DNA of 64,000 bases from Minutocellus sp. GHC0000111 (Eukaryota), in the NCBI GenBank assembly GCA_977018835.1, contig OZ361259.1, forward strand, positions 992,001 through 1,056,000, given 5' to 3'. Positions 61,169 through 64,000 of this stretch are shown here, piece after piece. A program made the position numbers and the translations under genes. The stretch's first letter is position 1. Every line of letters starts with the position of its first letter. Below the pieces are notes generated by a model. That model was not told where the DNA came from. It saw nothing but the letters and a program-made list of their open reading frames with translations, and did not search any database.

Positions 61169-61844
61169 ATAAAAAATATCTATCCACGAATACGAACATG
61201 TACCGTATGGTGCGTTTTTTGTTGTGAAGAGACCGTCTGTCTGTGTCAGACTTTGCTAGTAACATCTCGTGCCTCGAAAATGGTATCGTCGACGTTCGAT
61301 CCCCATGGCCTATCTTTTCTTTTTGCGAGCGAAGAGAGACGACTCGACTGCCGAGCAGATTTGTCTGAATGCGCTCCCTTTTCTCCTTCTTTATCATTCT
61401 TTCTCCCTCTTTTTCTTTCCGCGGGTAAAGTTTACCCGCCGGGTAAACTTGAAAATTTTTGCCACTGACCAACAACCACATCGTTTTATGGGGCAGAAGA
61501 AATGGGACGAGAGGGACCACACCCCATATATGGATCCATCGCTGGTGACAGTCAACCAAATTTTCACCATGTCTAAGGTACAAAATTCGACCGGCCCGCC
61601 ACCACCCATTTCGGTGCCCTGCATATGCGTGCCGACGCAAGAGACGCAATTGCTGCCCTCTTCGAAGCAATGCAAACTGCCAAAGACTTGCCATGTTATT
61701 GGCATAACATCGTCGGTATCAATGAATTAACAAACTGAAACTACCATAGTTTTGTCCCCATCTGAACACATTGGGCACTACCTACCTAGGTATTGGTACG
61801 TAGCCGCAGCAACTCGGTCCAAACAATCGACTGTAACCATTGAC

Positions 61845-62679
61845 CTAGGAAATGGTGCTTGTTGGACTAGATCTACAGGTACCTTCATGCATGAAAAGCA
61901 CAACAACATATTTACTCGGAGTAAAGTTGGACCTACCGAGGACAAGGTCAATTTTGTGTGGACTTTTCACTATGCCATGTGATGGCCAATATTCTTCGGA
62001 GTCGACAGAATCATAAGGAGTGGGTGTGTCAATGTCAACTTCTTCAAGGAAATTTGTGTACATTCGAAGCTTTTTTCCCGGGATTGGGGCAACATTGAGA
62101 TGGATGTGTTTTGCCGTTGCGTTATCGTACATTTTGAAAACAGTTCCTTCAGTGTAATCTACTTTCCTCCACCAGGCTAGGTTCTTGTCTTTAGTACGAC
62201 GCAGGAAAGTTGGTTTGTCTGCATTTTCTGGCATCTTGCAATATTCTTCAACATGAGAAATTTCGCCGTTGTCACTTCTCATAAATCTTCTTAGATCTCG
62301 TTGGCAATCGTAGAAAGAACTGGTTTTAATTCCACCAAAGAGCGGGTTTGCTCCGTCATTAGAAGTTAGCCAAGTCCGCACACTTGGAGCAGCTTCTTGA
62401 ATGGTTTTCCAAGTGCTGCCTGTACCATTGTGGACCCAGAAATTTGTATTGTTCCTTCAACCAACGCATGACTCTTTCACTTGCCCTGATTCGTATTCTT
62501 TCAGGATGAACAGATAAATACCTCAACAGATACAAATTGATTTCTCTTTCTGAAATTTCACTAATGTTTGCTTCGTTTGGCGAAATTTCACCGAGGTTTG
62601 CTTCATCCTCATTTGACGTTTCGTTATCAATGTGAGGGTCGTTGGAAAAATTTCTCGTTTCAAAGTCGTTCATGGCCAA
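61845..62679 (-). pseudogene. Unknown protein, two overlapping ORFs
   Basis: Protein-like composition; apparent single frameshift at ~62370. Confidence 0.35.
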
Positions 62680-63029
62680 ATTTCCGTTGAATGATTTGCT
62701 ACTTCAAACTTCTAAGTCGTGCTTCTTTATTTCCAATGACGGTGTAATATAAATGCATGCATGTGTAGAGCATGTAGTGTACCAATTAGTAACGGGTGTG
62801 TAAAGAAATTTTTTATGTACCTGTTAGTACCTGTACGAAGTCTCGCGAAATCGAGCACAGGGTCGGGACCAAAACAGCGACTTTTTGGGCCCGCAACCGC
62901 CTGAATCTTAGATCTACCGGCATTGAACACATGTGCAATGCAAAGTACATGCATTGCAGCAGCTAGCATCCAGATCTACAATCCAATCTAGTATTATTTA
63001 ACACAAAATAACTTAAATGCACCGCAGGA

Positions 63030-63999
63030 CTAATTATCCATGGTTGGATCAGCAGGAGGAGGAGCGATAATTTTCCCATCTGTCCGAACCATTCCATTTT
63101 CAGTCGGCCTGAAATCCTTTCGCACCCCAACATGAATGCCTTCACCGTTTCCAAGAAAATCATTGTTGCCTTTTGCAACGATTACCTTCTTTGCAATTCT
63201 ATGAGCCTGGATGTATGCCGATGCGATCTTCCAGTTTTCCAGCCCCATCCAAACTTCCTCCGCTGCATCCCAAGTCTGATCCTCTGTCAAAACCTTCAGC
63301 CCCTCCCGATCGCGGCACAACATTGTGTGCTGCTTTGACATGCAAGGGAAACAGACAGATCAAGAACATTCATATGGGGCATTTGCGGGGCCTGAGGTTC
63401 CCAACGCCATCCCTTGTCCCGACAGTATCCTTCCACATATTCCACAAATTCAGTCTCGGCATGGGGCCCAGTGTTGTCGCCCTGGAAAACAGGGACACAG
63501 CCTTCAAACTTTCCGCCAGGTCCGACCAAAGCCTCAACATCCGGAAATATCTTGTTCTCAAACAAAGCTTTCAGTGGGAACTTGGGATTATCAAGGGTGC
63601 CATGGCTGCATCCAGTCACCGCGCAATCCACAAGGTGTAGATCGTCTTTCTTCCGAACCACCGGGCCGCAATGTTTGATTCCACCATCTGCCTGCCGCAC
63701 CGCCTCCCTTGCCATCTGCCTCGCAATTTCATGCGCCTGAGCCCGAAAAAGTCCAAGCTTGAACGCAATGCCGCCATTCTCAATGCTGTCAATAAAAGCC
63801 AAGGCAGTGACAGCCACCACCATGCACTTGTTGATGTGATTTCGGTGACATGCCGAGAAGGACCGAGGATCAACACCCAATTCTGCAACTTGCTTGGCAT
63901 GCGATCGAAGAACCAAGCCCCAAAACCACTTCTCATCGAACATAACAAGGAGAAACTTGCCACCGCCGAGCCCCCAATTGTTTCGGAATTTCCGCGCAA
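63030..63999 (-). mobile_element. IS630/Tc1/mariner-type DDD/E transposase, frameshifted, runs off the window
   Basis: FDEKWF, FQGDNTGPH and PQAPQMPHMNVLDLSV catalytic blocks. Confidence 0.85.
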
Positions 64000-64000
64000 A

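Noticed and set aside
1..64000. tRNA/rRNA genes, or bacterial operon origin of the GT cluster
   Set aside because: No recognisable RNA gene. The genes have eukaryote-type TM anchors, mixed orientation and eukaryotic TEs between them.

Overview
Eukaryotic, gene-fragment-rich accessory region, possibly subtelomeric and most likely from a pennate diatom (inferred from CoDi-like Copia motifs, interstitial TTAGGG repeats and a diatom-type Cys-rich/KxxK extracellular protein). It is a mosaic of three things. (i) About 12 apparently intronless glycan-modifying enzyme genes or pseudogenes from different families (GT4-like, GT8, GT25, GT31, DUF707/DUF3431-like, FucT-like, FkbM/SAM methyltransferases, SGNH, GH20). 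(ii) Mobile-element debris: Helitron Rep fragments, Copia pieces with LTRs, a Tc1/mariner-type transposase and a tyrosine-recombinase-like/RecQ fusion. (iii) Two large duplications (direct 1-3801 vs 9624-14297; inverted 29571-32947 vs 53740-57126). The most striking signal is a directional A:T->G:C hypermutation at TpA (TA->TG/CA, mostly TAY) on both strands. It is concentrated in repeat-like blocks, is polarised by conserved protein motifs, and runs opposite to fungal RIP and CpG decay. A recurring GGGACGAC(ACC)n element end occurs 7 times. All family calls come from motif recognition by eye, not database searches.
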